DNA from: a virus
Strand: one strand, 5' to 3'
Length of the DNA stretch: 64,000 nucleotides
IMG/VR virus record: IMGVR_UViG_3300025087_000038
Span: 63,008-127,007 of that record
Part shown: positions 39,458-48,584 of the stretch, in pieces
Layout: every line of letters begins with the position of its first letter
How positions within the stretch are numbered: position 1 is the stretch's first letter
Notes under the pieces: generated by a model
Seen by the model: the letters and a program-made list of their open reading frames with translations, nothing else
Database searches by the model: none
What the model was told of the DNA's origin: nothing
Made by a program: the position numbers and the translations under genes

Positions 39458-39835
39458 ATGACCAAGCTAACTGAACAGGCGTTAAAGGGTAGTATCAAGA
39501 AATGGACACATATTGTAGGAAGAACAGGGTTGGATTTTGGTATTAAAAATTGTCCCTTATGCAGGATGTTTTATAATACCGGTATAGGAAATAAGCTATG
39601 TAATGGATGTCCGGTTTCTAAAAAAAGTACTAAGGCTTCATGCCGGGGTACTCCTTATGAGGATTGGGAGTTTCATTATTGTACAATTCATTTAAATAGA
39701 TTTCCTTATAGTGTAGTTAAGGGTTGTAAAACTTGTTTATTACTAGCTAAAAAAGAATTAGAATTTTTAAAAAGTTTGTTACCAAGGAAGAAAGGAGTGC
39801 TAAAATGCAGTTTGAAGAAGCGAGAAAGAAGCTAA
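39458..39835 (+). CDS. Cys-rich hypothetical phage protein
   Basis: AL..SIKKW...CPLC...C.GCPV...C..TPY..W. Confidence 0.55.
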   Translation: MTKLTEQALKGSIKKWTHIVGRTGLDFGIKNCPLCRMFYNTGIGNKLCNGCPVSKKSTKASCRGTPYEDWEFHYCTIHLNRFPYSVVKGCKTCLLLAKKELEFLKSLLPRKKGVLKCSLKKRERS

Positions 39836-40058
39836 AGCGGTTAGCAAAAGGTAAGTATTATCATCTTACATTTGGGTTTAAAAGTTTTCAGAATACAGAT
39901 AAGACTACTGGGACAGATTGCGATATTTATATAGACGGAGAGAAATGGTTTTCGGCTCCTACATTTAAAGAAGTTTTCCAAAAAAGGCACGACTTTCTGA
40001 CAGAACCCAAAACTGAAGAATTACCACAAAACATTCCTGATGGGGTCGGCGGGAAGAT

Positions 40059-40718
40059 ATGACTAAACAAGAATTAGCCCAAAAGATAGACTTAACTCTA
40101 TTAAGACCCGATCATACAAAAGAAGACATAAAGAAATTGTGTGAAGACGCTAAAGAATATGGTTTTTATGCTGTTTGCATTCCTCCGTATAGGGTATTGG
40201 ATGTAGTAGAATATAAAGAGAAGGCGAAAGGGAATTTTAGGATTTGCACAGTTTTAGATTTCCCATTTAGCGGGGGTATAGCATTCTATCCAAATTTTCT
40301 TGTAGATATACCATTAAACGTAGATGAAGTGGATATACCCTTGAATATTTCCTTATTTAAGGATAAAAAATATGATGCTTGTGTAGAGGTAATGAAGGAA
40401 ATAAAGAAATGGAATGCCCGAGTATTTGTGAAAGGGATAATAGAAACATCATATTTAACAGATACAGAAATAGGAATTGCTGCTAAGTTAGTTGAACAAG
40501 CAGGTGTTAATATGGTAAAAGCCAATACTGGTTTTGGATTACGTGGCGTAGCCCCAAATGATGTAGAGGTAATAAAAAAGAACTGTACCATACCAATAAA
40601 AGTAGCTGGCGGAATAAAGACAGTGGAACAAGTAAATACCTTTTTAGATCTAGGGGTAAGTAGGATAGGAAGCAGTAATGGGGTAGAAATAGTAAAAGAT
40701 TGGAATGGAGGGAACTAA
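40059..40718 (+). CDS. deoC: deoxyribose-phosphate aldolase
   Basis: ID.TLL.P, AVCIPP, DFP, K.IIET, VK..TGF, IKVAGGI, RIGSS. Confidence 0.85.
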   Translation: MTKQELAQKIDLTLLRPDHTKEDIKKLCEDAKEYGFYAVCIPPYRVLDVVEYKEKAKGNFRICTVLDFPFSGGIAFYPNFLVDIPLNVDEVDIPLNISLFKDKKYDACVEVMKEIKKWNARVFVKGIIETSYLTDTEIGIAAKLVEQAGVNMVKANTGFGLRGVAPNDVEVIKKNCTIPIKVAGGIKTVEQVNTFLDLGVSRIGSSNGVEIVKDWNGGN

Positions 40719-40879
40719 CAAATGTTTTGTGATGATTGTGGAAGAGAAATGTTAAGGAAAGGGGATTATAGCCCACCGGTATGGAAATGTTACCAGTGCA
40801 ATATAGAAATAGAAGAAGATACAGAAGATGAGTTTATAGACAAACAAACCACTTTTGATAACGATAATGGGGAGCAGAT

Positions 40880-41254
40880 ATGAAACGAGTATATGTTGCG
40901 GGATTATATAGTAGAAACAAAGATGGGGAAATGGCCAATGTTATAGAAGTTTTAGACAACATGCGAATAGGAATGAGGGTTGCAACAGAAGTATTTCTTG
41001 TCGGATATGCTCCTTTTTGTCCTTGGTTGGATTACCATTTTACTTTAATGCTACGAGAAGGAGAGAAATTAGAAATTGAAGACTATTATAAGTATAGTCT
41101 TGCTTGGGTAGAAGTATCAGATGCCTTATTACTTTTGTCTGGGTGGGAAAACTCTCCCGGTACCAAGAATGAAGTAAGAAGAGCCAAGAAACTTAGAATA
41201 CCAATTTGCAAAAATTTAGAAGAATTGCAGAAAAAAGTGCCTTGGATGGATTGA
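40880..41254 (+). CDS. DUF4406/DUF1937-like (nucleoside deoxyribosyltransferase fold) protein
   Basis: VYVAG, PFCP, D.L.LL.GWENS.G...E. Confidence 0.7.
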   Translation: MKRVYVAGLYSRNKDGEMANVIEVLDNMRIGMRVATEVFLVGYAPFCPWLDYHFTLMLREGEKLEIEDYYKYSLAWVEVSDALLLLSGWENSPGTKNEVRRAKKLRIPICKNLEELQKKVPWMD

Positions 41255-41275
41255 AATGATAGGAGTAGGTATAAA

Positions 41276-42304
41276 ATGAACATAGGAATGATGTCAACTT
41301 GGGGACAACATTGTGGTGTGTTTGGTTACACCGAACAATTGGTAGATGTTTTAAATGCTAATGGGCATCAGGTTATTGTGTTTGGGAACAGGCCTTATGG
41401 AAAAAGGGATCTTGAAAAGCCCGGATGGTCTACGGGGTACCAACCTAATACTGGTACCTATTTTGATTGTTTTGGAACAGGCTTTCATCCAAAAGAAGAA
41501 CAATCAATAGATGTTGAGAAAATAAAGTATCTTATATCTGACGATTTCCTTTTAGGTAAACCAGATGTTTTTCATATTCAATATCAAGATTATTTGTATC
41601 CAGATAAGCAGGGATTTGATAAACTCCTTTCCCTCTTAAAAGGAAAGGGAGTAAGGTTAGTTGTTACGCAACATGATTCCTGTATTAGCCCAAATATAGA
41701 TTGGGGTAAATTTGATGTAATAATTAAACATGGTTGTGAATTTAAAAAGAATGAGAAAAATGCAACAATGCCAATAGGAATACCAGAGATTGATTACAAA
41801 CCTTTATCGAGGAATAAAGTATTGAGCAGTTTTGGTATGGGTAGAAATGATAATGAAACATGTAAGAAGGTATGTGATAGATTGGGTTGGACATTTAGGT
41901 TTCATAACTCTCAGGATAAATGGGTACCAATAAAAGAGTTGATGAACTGGTTACAAGAAGGAGATGTAATAGCGTTGATTTATCCACCTACTAATGCAGA
42001 GGTTAGTAGTAGCGCACTAAGAGTTGCTTTAGGAACCGGAAGACCAATTATAGTAAGTGCTACAAATTGGTTTAACGATACTTTGTTAGGTATTAATTGC
42101 GAGCATCGAATGTTTGGAGTAAACTGGACTAATAGAGAACAAGAATTAGAGGCTTGGTTAAGACTTATAGATGATAATACAATTGACAATATGGATATAG
42201 ATGATGAAAGCTTACAGTATGGTTTAGAAAGAACACAAGAAAAATATAGTTGGAAAAACATAGTAAAACACTACGAGGATGTATATGAAAATACTAAAAG
42301 TTGA
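41276..42304 (+). CDS. glycosyltransferase family 4 (GT-B)
   Basis: STWGQHCGV..YT, HIQY, SFG, SSSAL..ALG, YSW. Confidence 0.78.
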   Translation: MNIGMMSTWGQHCGVFGYTEQLVDVLNANGHQVIVFGNRPYGKRDLEKPGWSTGYQPNTGTYFDCFGTGFHPKEEQSIDVEKIKYLISDDFLLGKPDVFHIQYQDYLYPDKQGFDKLLSLLKGKGVRLVVTQHDSCISPNIDWGKFDVIIKHGCEFKKNEKNATMPIGIPEIDYKPLSRNKVLSSFGMGRNDNETCKKVCDRLGWTFRFHNSQDKWVPIKELMNWLQEGDVIALIYPPTNAEVSSSALRVALGTGRPIIVSATNWFNDTLLGINCEHRMFGVNWTNREQELEAWLRLIDDNTIDNMDIDDESLQYGLERTQEKYSWKNIVKHYEDVYENTKS

Positions 42305-42869
42305 AGACACATTAAAAAGTATCTTTGAAACTTTACAGGTAGTAGTAGAAGAACTAAAGAAGGGAGAGAAGTTTATTTTGGTTGACTTTTCTAATCTTCG
42401 TTCTAAAGGATGCAAAACAGATACAGTAGGAGTAACAAGTGGGGTAGTTAGTTTTATTAGTGTTTATGATACTGGGATAGCGCCTGTTATGGGGGAAGGT
42501 AAGGTTTATTGTATTTTATCTGTTAACCACCCGGAGATTGAAAACTTTTTAACTACGAAGTTTCAAAACCTTTTATTAGGAGTAATTCTAGAGGACACCT
42601 TTGTGGATGCTGTTAGAAGAGGCGACATTGTAAACTATATGTTAGTTGATCCATTTTCAAAGAATAAAACTTGGATTACAATGGAACGGTTGACTTCTTT
42701 GTTAGTAATTGGTAACCTAATTCCATTTAGACGAGAAAAAGAAGAGTTAAAAGAAATGGGAAAGATAGAATTACTAAATTTAAAAAATAGATGCCCTGAA
42801 TGTAATGGGCAAATATCCCTGGATAACTCTACTTGTTTAGACTGCGGATACAGCTCCTGTAGAGGTTAG
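42279..42869 (+). CDS. miniature degenerate class II ribonucleotide reductase (NrdJ)-derived protein
   Basis: VEDTLKSIF, DFSNLRSKG...SGVVSFISVYD, L.V.HPEIE.F...K, D.F..AV, C-terminal CPEC...CLDCGYSSC; no NPCxE. Confidence 0.6.
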   Translation: MYMKILKVEDTLKSIFETLQVVVEELKKGEKFILVDFSNLRSKGCKTDTVGVTSGVVSFISVYDTGIAPVMGEGKVYCILSVNHPEIENFLTTKFQNLLLGVILEDTFVDAVRRGDIVNYMLVDPFSKNKTWITMERLTSLLVIGNLIPFRREKEELKEMGKIELLNLKNRCPECNGQISLDNSTCLDCGYSSCRG

Positions 42870-42881
42870 GGTAGTAGAGTA

Positions 42882-42927
42882 AGCAGGGTCTTGTGGTTCC
42901 TACAGGGGTTCTTCATAGGGTCCTGCT
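42882..42927. other. 15-bp GU-rich intergenic hairpin
   Basis: AGCAGGGTCTTGTGG pairs with TCATAGGGTCCTGCT; no U-tract. Confidence 0.55.
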
Positions 42928-43740
42928 ATGTTAAATGGAGGAGGAAAGATGTTAAGTGTTATTGTTCCAGTTTTCAATCAAGTTGAGTACACAAAAGGGT
43001 TTGTAAAAAGTTTAGAGGAAACAATAACCGTTCCTTTTGAATTGATTTTCATAGACAATGGCAGTATAGATGAGACGCCAAATTTTTTAGAAAATTTGGC
43101 TTACAGATACCAAGAAGACAAAGAAACTAAAATGAAGGATGTAGTGGTATTAAAAAATAGAAAAAATGAAGGGATATTTGTAGCATTTAATCAAGGCTTA
43201 CAAACAGCAAAGTACAATAGGATTTTAATTTGCAATAACGATATTCAATTTAGGCCTAATTGGGACAAAGAGCTGTTAGGGGTTATTGAATTTGATAGGG
43301 AACTAGGATTGGTAGGACCCCAGGCATTTTATCCACATGATACTGGAGACTGGTTGACAAAAAGTGAAGATAAAACAGCCGTTGGAATACACGGTTGCTG
43401 TTTTATGCTGAAAAAAGAAATGCTAAACGATTTAAAGGAAAAGGAAAAAGGAACGGAAAAATACCCTGGAGTATTTGATAGGGATTATTTTGCATACTGG
43501 GGGGATTGTGACTTTGTAAAAAGGGTAAGGCAGAATGGTTGGAAAGTTTTGACAACTAGTAAAGTTTGGGTATACCATTTTGGAGCAAGGACAATAGATG
43601 GCTGGAAAGGTAGTGGCGAAGATTACCGGAAAGGGATGGACAGGTTTTTTGGAAAGTTTAATCCTCCAACTAATTGTGATTGGACTGTAAGTGGAAGTTG
43701 CTATTACTACAAGAAAGACGGCGTAATGCTCCCTTTTTAG
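42928..43740 (+). CDS. glycosyltransferase family 2 (start probably 42949)
   Basis: SVIVPVFN, IDNGS.D, NQG, NND, GCCF, YW.D.D, VYHFG. Confidence 0.87.
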   Translation: MLNGGGKMLSVIVPVFNQVEYTKGFVKSLEETITVPFELIFIDNGSIDETPNFLENLAYRYQEDKETKMKDVVVLKNRKNEGIFVAFNQGLQTAKYNRILICNNDIQFRPNWDKELLGVIEFDRELGLVGPQAFYPHDTGDWLTKSEDKTAVGIHGCCFMLKKEMLNDLKEKEKGTEKYPGVFDRDYFAYWGDCDFVKRVRQNGWKVLTTSKVWVYHFGARTIDGWKGSGEDYRKGMDRFFGKFNPPTNCDWTVSGSCYYYKKDGVMLPF

Positions 43741-43748
43741 TTAAAAAC

Positions 43749-43758
43749 GTAGTATAAT
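43749..43758 (+). promoter_or_regulatory. GTAGTATAAT promoter motif
   Basis: recurrent motif. Confidence 0.65.
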
Positions 43759-43779
43759 TAAAGTAGAAAGGACAAAAAC

Positions 43780-44913
43780 ATGAATTACAAAGACTATACT
43801 GATAAATACTTTCTGAGAAGCAAAGAAATACTGGAGAAATGTAATATAAATCCTTTAGTTAGATACCAGGTATTTGTAAGAGAGGGCGGCCCCATGGATT
43901 ATGGTTGTATAGAGGAGGCGGTAGATTTTATAAAGGGCGTAGTTGGAAACAAAGTTAAAATATTTGCATTGTTAGATGGTAGTTGGTGTACATCCCCGTG
44001 CGAATCCGTAATGACCCTAGAGGGAAGAGTCCAAGATAAAATAGATTTAGAAACAATATATCTTGGTATAATCTCAAATGGATTTACGGGTAATGTGGAT
44101 TTAAGAGCTGTAAGAAAAGACGCTATAGAAATGGTAAAAGCTGCCGAAGGCAAACCAGTATTGTATATGGGGGCACGACATTTTCATTATAATTTAGATG
44201 TATCGATATCACAGATTTGCAAGGACGCGGGATTTGCTGGGTGTTCAACTGATGTAGGCGCTAAGGTTTGGGGCAATGAAGGAATGGGGACAATGCCACA
44301 TGCACTGATACTGGCTGTTGCAATACATTTAAAGGAGAAAGAAGGCGCGTTTGGAAATAAACTAGAATCTAATCCTACTGTAGTAGCTGGAAAAATATTT
44401 GATGGCTTTGTAGATAGAAAGGTAGAACGAATAGTTTTAATAGATACATTTAATAAGGAGATAAGTGATAGTATAGAAGTAGCAAGAGAAGTGAAAAATT
44501 TGTATGGGGTAAGAATAGATACTTGCGGTGAGAACTATGTAGAAGGCTATGGTAGTGATATAGATATGGAATTACTAGGTCCTGAATATAGAGGTATAAA
44601 AGGGGTGTCAATAGATGGGGTATGGAGACTAAAGAAAGCGTTGATAGATAACGGATTTGGTAAAGTAAAAGTGGTAGTATCATCGGGATTCAATGCGAAG
44701 AAAATCAAAGTATTTATAGAGGCTGATAAACTATTCCGGGATAAATATGGTATACCAATGTTTGATATTATAGGAACGGGTAGTGTAGGTTCACCAGTAA
44801 TGGCAACGTCAGATATAGTTGCATATTTTAGTGAAAAAGAAAATAGGTGGGTACCTTTTTCAAAAGTAGGTAGAGGAGAAACAGCATCAGAAGGGTTGGT
44901 AGAGGTAAAATGA
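43780..44913 (+). CDS. pncB: nicotinate phosphoribosyltransferase-like (type II PRTase)
   Basis: TDKYF, GARH, GTMPHAL, LIDTF, GVRIDT, VVSSGF. Confidence 0.78.
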   Translation: MNYKDYTDKYFLRSKEILEKCNINPLVRYQVFVREGGPMDYGCIEEAVDFIKGVVGNKVKIFALLDGSWCTSPCESVMTLEGRVQDKIDLETIYLGIISNGFTGNVDLRAVRKDAIEMVKAAEGKPVLYMGARHFHYNLDVSISQICKDAGFAGCSTDVGAKVWGNEGMGTMPHALILAVAIHLKEKEGAFGNKLESNPTVVAGKIFDGFVDRKVERIVLIDTFNKEISDSIEVAREVKNLYGVRIDTCGENYVEGYGSDIDMELLGPEYRGIKGVSIDGVWRLKKALIDNGFGKVKVVVSSGFNAKKIKVFIEADKLFRDKYGIPMFDIIGTGSVGSPVMATSDIVAYFSEKENRWVPFSKVGRGETASEGLVEVK

Positions 44914-45326
44914 GAATAATTAAGTTTAGGGCTTGGGATATGGAAGATAGAAAAATGTATAGTTGGAAACATGATAAAGACTTAATTTGCGATGCTATGC
45001 CCTTAGACTGTGGTGATGAATGGACAGAACGATGCGAAGTTATGCAATTTACCGGATTGTATGATAAAAATGGCAAAGAAATATATGAAGGCGATATTGT
45101 GGACCATCGATATGGTTGTAGTATTGTTCGCTGGGATGATATAAGGAGTGGATTTTTGCCTTTTAATGGGGATATAAATTGCCCGAATAGTAGGACAGAA
45201 AGTAAGGTATTAGGGCACATTTATGAGACTCCCAACCTTCCCATACAGGAAAAGGTTGATAATGCTAGTATGGATAACTTAGATGGTTCTACCTTGTTTA
45301 TGGGCGAAGATGTTAAAGAAAAATGA
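44910..45326 (+). CDS. YopX family protein
   Basis: IKFRAWD, MQFTGL.DKNGKEIYEGDIV, G.IYE. Confidence 0.9.
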   Translation: MRIIKFRAWDMEDRKMYSWKHDKDLICDAMPLDCGDEWTERCEVMQFTGLYDKNGKEIYEGDIVDHRYGCSIVRWDDIRSGFLPFNGDINCPNSRTESKVLGHIYETPNLPIQEKVDNASMDNLDGSTLFMGEDVKEK

Positions 45327-46186
45327 AAATACAAACTTTTAGTATAGTAACAGGAACAACCACTTGTAACGCAATGTGTCCATACTGTGTGTCTAAGATG
45401 ACACCAACAAATGGCATTGATTATACCCCTGGTATGAATTGGCGTAATTTGAGGAAAGCGTGCCAATTGGCAAAAATTAGGGGTGTAACAACAGTATTGA
45501 TAACTGGTAAAGGGGAACCTACTTTATATCCCGAACAGTTAACAGATGTTTTGCGTCATTTATCTAAATTTGAGTTTCCGTTAATAGAATTACAGACAAA
45601 CGGGATAGTGTTAGGCGATGAACCCGAAAAATACAATGCTTATCTGAGAGAATGGTATGATTTAGGAGTAACATTAATTTCAGTATCAGTTGTTCATTAT
45701 AAAGAAAATAGGAATGAAGAGATATTTCAATCCTATAGATATCCTAAGTTAGATGAACTAGTAAAAAATTTGCACGAGCATAAACTTTCTGTAAGGTTAA
45801 GTTGTACTATGATAAAAGACTACGTTGATACCGCAGACGAGGTTGGGAATCTGATAACCTATGCACGACAGAACAAAGTAGAGCAACTAAGCATACGAAA
45901 GTTATGTTGTCCGTTGAGTTCTGACAACAGAGAAGTTTTTAAATGGGTAAAAGAACACCAATTGACACCTTGGGAAATGGGAAATATAAAAGAATTTTTA
46001 GATACAACTGGAACTAAACTTATGACTCTTGAAAGTGGTATAGTTTATGATGTCTGGGGACAGAATGTCTGCTTAACGGATGCTTTGACATTGAACCCGG
46101 AATCAGATAACTTGAGGCAGATGATATTCTTTCCTGATGGACATATTCGGTATGATTGGCAGTATCCAGGAGCAATACTTTTATAG
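45323..46186 (+). CDS. radical SAM protein
   Basis: CNAMCPYC, ITGKGEPT, ELQTNG. Confidence 0.85.
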   Translation: MKIQTFSIVTGTTTCNAMCPYCVSKMTPTNGIDYTPGMNWRNLRKACQLAKIRGVTTVLITGKGEPTLYPEQLTDVLRHLSKFEFPLIELQTNGIVLGDEPEKYNAYLREWYDLGVTLISVSVVHYKENRNEEIFQSYRYPKLDELVKNLHEHKLSVRLSCTMIKDYVDTADEVGNLITYARQNKVEQLSIRKLCCPLSSDNREVFKWVKEHQLTPWEMGNIKEFLDTTGTKLMTLESGIVYDVWGQNVCLTDALTLNPESDNLRQMIFFPDGHIRYDWQYPGAILL

Positions 46187-46195
46187 GAGTATAAA

Positions 46196-46879
46196 ATGAA
46201 AAAAGAAAAACTGATATTCTGGAATGTAGATACCCAATACGACTTTATGAGGAACGACAAAAGTTTTAAAGGGGCATTACCAATAAAAGGAGCAAGAAAG
46301 ATAGAACCAAACTTGCGGAGACTTACTAACTTTACAATTAAAAATGACATAACAATAGTTAACACCGCTGATTGGCATACGCCAGAGTCAACAGAGTTTT
46401 CATTAACACCAGATTACTTTGAGACTTTTCCACCACATTGTTTACAGCATACACATGGCGCAATGTTTGTTCCGTCTACCCGTGATTTTATTGACTGTAG
46501 TTTTTACTGGAAAGATGATTGGTACGGTAAAAAGCAAGCATTTGAAATGTTACCAGACGCTAAGAATATAGTTATCTACAAGGATGATTTTGACGTGTTT
46601 AAAGGTAATCCATATACAGATAGAATTTTAAAGATACTGAAACCTGCAACAGTTGTGGTATATGGGGTGGCTACGAATGTATGTGTAAATTTTGCCATTA
46701 AAGGATTGCTAAAAAGGAGGATAGAAGTCGTAGCTGTAGTAGACGCTATGAAAGAACTACCTGGATGTGATAATACTGATATCTACAAAGTTTGGGCCAA
46801 ACAAGGAGTACAGTTGAATTTTACAAAAACTGTAATTGCCGGGATTGAGGAATATAAGAAAGAAGGGAGGATAAAATGA
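46196..46879 (+). CDS. pncA: nicotinamidase/isochorismatase-family cysteine hydrolase
   Basis: VDTQYDF, DWH, FPPHC, K, GVATNVCV. Confidence 0.8.
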   Translation: MKKEKLIFWNVDTQYDFMRNDKSFKGALPIKGARKIEPNLRRLTNFTIKNDITIVNTADWHTPESTEFSLTPDYFETFPPHCLQHTHGAMFVPSTRDFIDCSFYWKDDWYGKKQAFEMLPDAKNIVIYKDDFDVFKGNPYTDRILKILKPATVVVYGVATNVCVNFAIKGLLKRRIEVVAVVDAMKELPGCDNTDIYKVWAKQGVQLNFTKTVIAGIEEYKKEGRIK

Positions 46880-47094
46880 ACTGGTTTTTGTATGTAGGCG
46901 GAGCAATTTGGTTTTGGGCAATTGGGTTAAGAATTTGCGGTATAAAATTTGCTCTAAAAGAGGAAGCTTTAAGCAATACGTGGTTTATCCTATTTTCTAT
47001 TGTCTCTTATCCACTAGCGGGATTATCGGGGGTACTGGTTTGGGTTTGGGTATGCTGGAAGTTTGTTGCAATCCAGTAGTAGGGGGAGAATAAG

Positions 47095-47874
47095 ATGAAA
47101 GGAATAGTTCTTGCGGGCGGTAGGGGAACACGATTAGGGCAATTGACTAAACTACATAACAAGCATTTGCTTCCAATTTACGATAAGTTGATGATAGACT
47201 ATCCAATAGACACCTTAGTAGGAGCAGGGATTAAAGATATCCTGATAGTAACTGGTGATGAACATGCTGGAGATTTTATCCGGTATTTAGGAGATGGAAG
47301 TGAAAGGGGAGTAAAATTTACTTATAAGGTACAAGTAGGAGAAGCAAAAGGGATAGCCCATGCTTTGAGTTTAGCGGAAGAATTTGTAGGCAATGATATT
47401 ATGGTAGTAATTTTAGGGGATAACATTATTCAAGATAGTATAAAAAGTGCTATAATAAACTTTGAGGTTGTGGAAACCACTTTTGGAAAATTGACTGATA
47501 GAGCACAGGTAATGTTGTCTAAAGTTAAAGATCCACAACGATATGGGGTTCCTGTATTCATTACTGAATACAGTGAAATGATACCAACTACAGTTAAACA
47601 AAGGATATCTTATATTGAGGAAAAACCAAAAGAGCCAAAATCGGAATTTGCAGTAATAGGAATTTATATGTATGGTAACGATGTTTTTAAGAAGATACGA
47701 GAACTAAAACCTTCGGCAAGAGGGGAGTTAGAAATAACAGATGTAAACAACATGTATGCAACAGACGGGAAGCTATGGCATGAAATACTCGCAGGAGAAT
47801 GGATAGATGCTGGAACAGTAGATTCATTAGCGGAAGCCGGATTAAAGGTGCAGGTGAGAGAATGGCGAAACTAA
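47095..47874 (+). CDS. rmlA: glucose-1-phosphate thymidylyltransferase-like sugar nucleotidyltransferase
   Basis: LAGGRGTRL, NKHLLPIYDK, LGDN, EEKP, PSARGELEITD, W.DAGT. Confidence 0.88.
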   Translation: MKGIVLAGGRGTRLGQLTKLHNKHLLPIYDKLMIDYPIDTLVGAGIKDILIVTGDEHAGDFIRYLGDGSERGVKFTYKVQVGEAKGIAHALSLAEEFVGNDIMVVILGDNIIQDSIKSAIINFEVVETTFGKLTDRAQVMLSKVKDPQRYGVPVFITEYSEMIPTTVKQRISYIEEKPKEPKSEFAVIGIYMYGNDVFKKIRELKPSARGELEITDVNNMYATDGKLWHEILAGEWIDAGTVDSLAEAGLKVQVREWRN

Positions 47875-48584
47875 TGCCAACATACTCAGAAAATCCACAA
47901 TACTGGTGGGAAACAAAAGGTGGTAGATATTTAGAAGAAAGAAAAACTGAAGAGGCATTAGATACAGAAACTTTGCCTCTTTACAATCTTGCGAGATACC
48001 CCGAAATAAAAAGTGTTTTAGAGGTAGGTTGTGGATTTGGGAGACTATTGAGACCTCTGGCAAGTTTTAGCAATTTGGAACGGGTTGGGGGATTGGATTT
48101 TAGTAGCAGTCAATTTGAAAATGCTCAAAAATATTTAGATGGATTTGAGGTAACTCTTGGTTTGTTTGATTTGGTAGCTGATATGCCCATTGTTCCGCTT
48201 AACCCCTATGACTTAGTTTTTACTCACGGGGTATTTACACATATACCGCCTTTTCAAATAAAAAAGGCTGTAGCAAATTTAAAACAATTTGCTAGCAAAT
48301 GCATAGTCTTAATAGAATTTGAACTAAGAGAAGGAAGCACCGTGAAGGAGTTTGACGGACTAAAGTATAATGAAATAGGTTCATATATGGCAGCAGGGGA
48401 TACTGATACCTGGGCATACGATTTTGAACCACTTTTGGATAATGACATTGAGTTAGAAAAAGTTGCAATATCAAGGAACTTTAAGAATCCCCCGTTTGGG
48501 CATACAACTTTTATTTGCAAAAAGAAATCCTTTTACGAAGTAGCAAGAGAAATAGATGAAATTTTGAAAGAAGATATCATATGA
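47799..48584 (+). CDS. class I SAM-dependent methyltransferase (start probably 47862)
   Basis: VLEVGCGFGR, GLDFS, YDLVFT..V..H. Confidence 0.85.
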   Translation: MDRCWNSRFISGSRIKGAGERMAKLMPTYSENPQYWWETKGGRYLEERKTEEALDTETLPLYNLARYPEIKSVLEVGCGFGRLLRPLASFSNLERVGGLDFSSSQFENAQKYLDGFEVTLGLFDLVADMPIVPLNPYDLVFTHGVFTHIPPFQIKKAVANLKQFASKCIVLIEFELREGSTVKEFDGLKYNEIGSYMAAGDTDTWAYDFEPLLDNDIELEKVAISRNFKNPPFGHTTFICKKKSFYEVAREIDEILKEDII

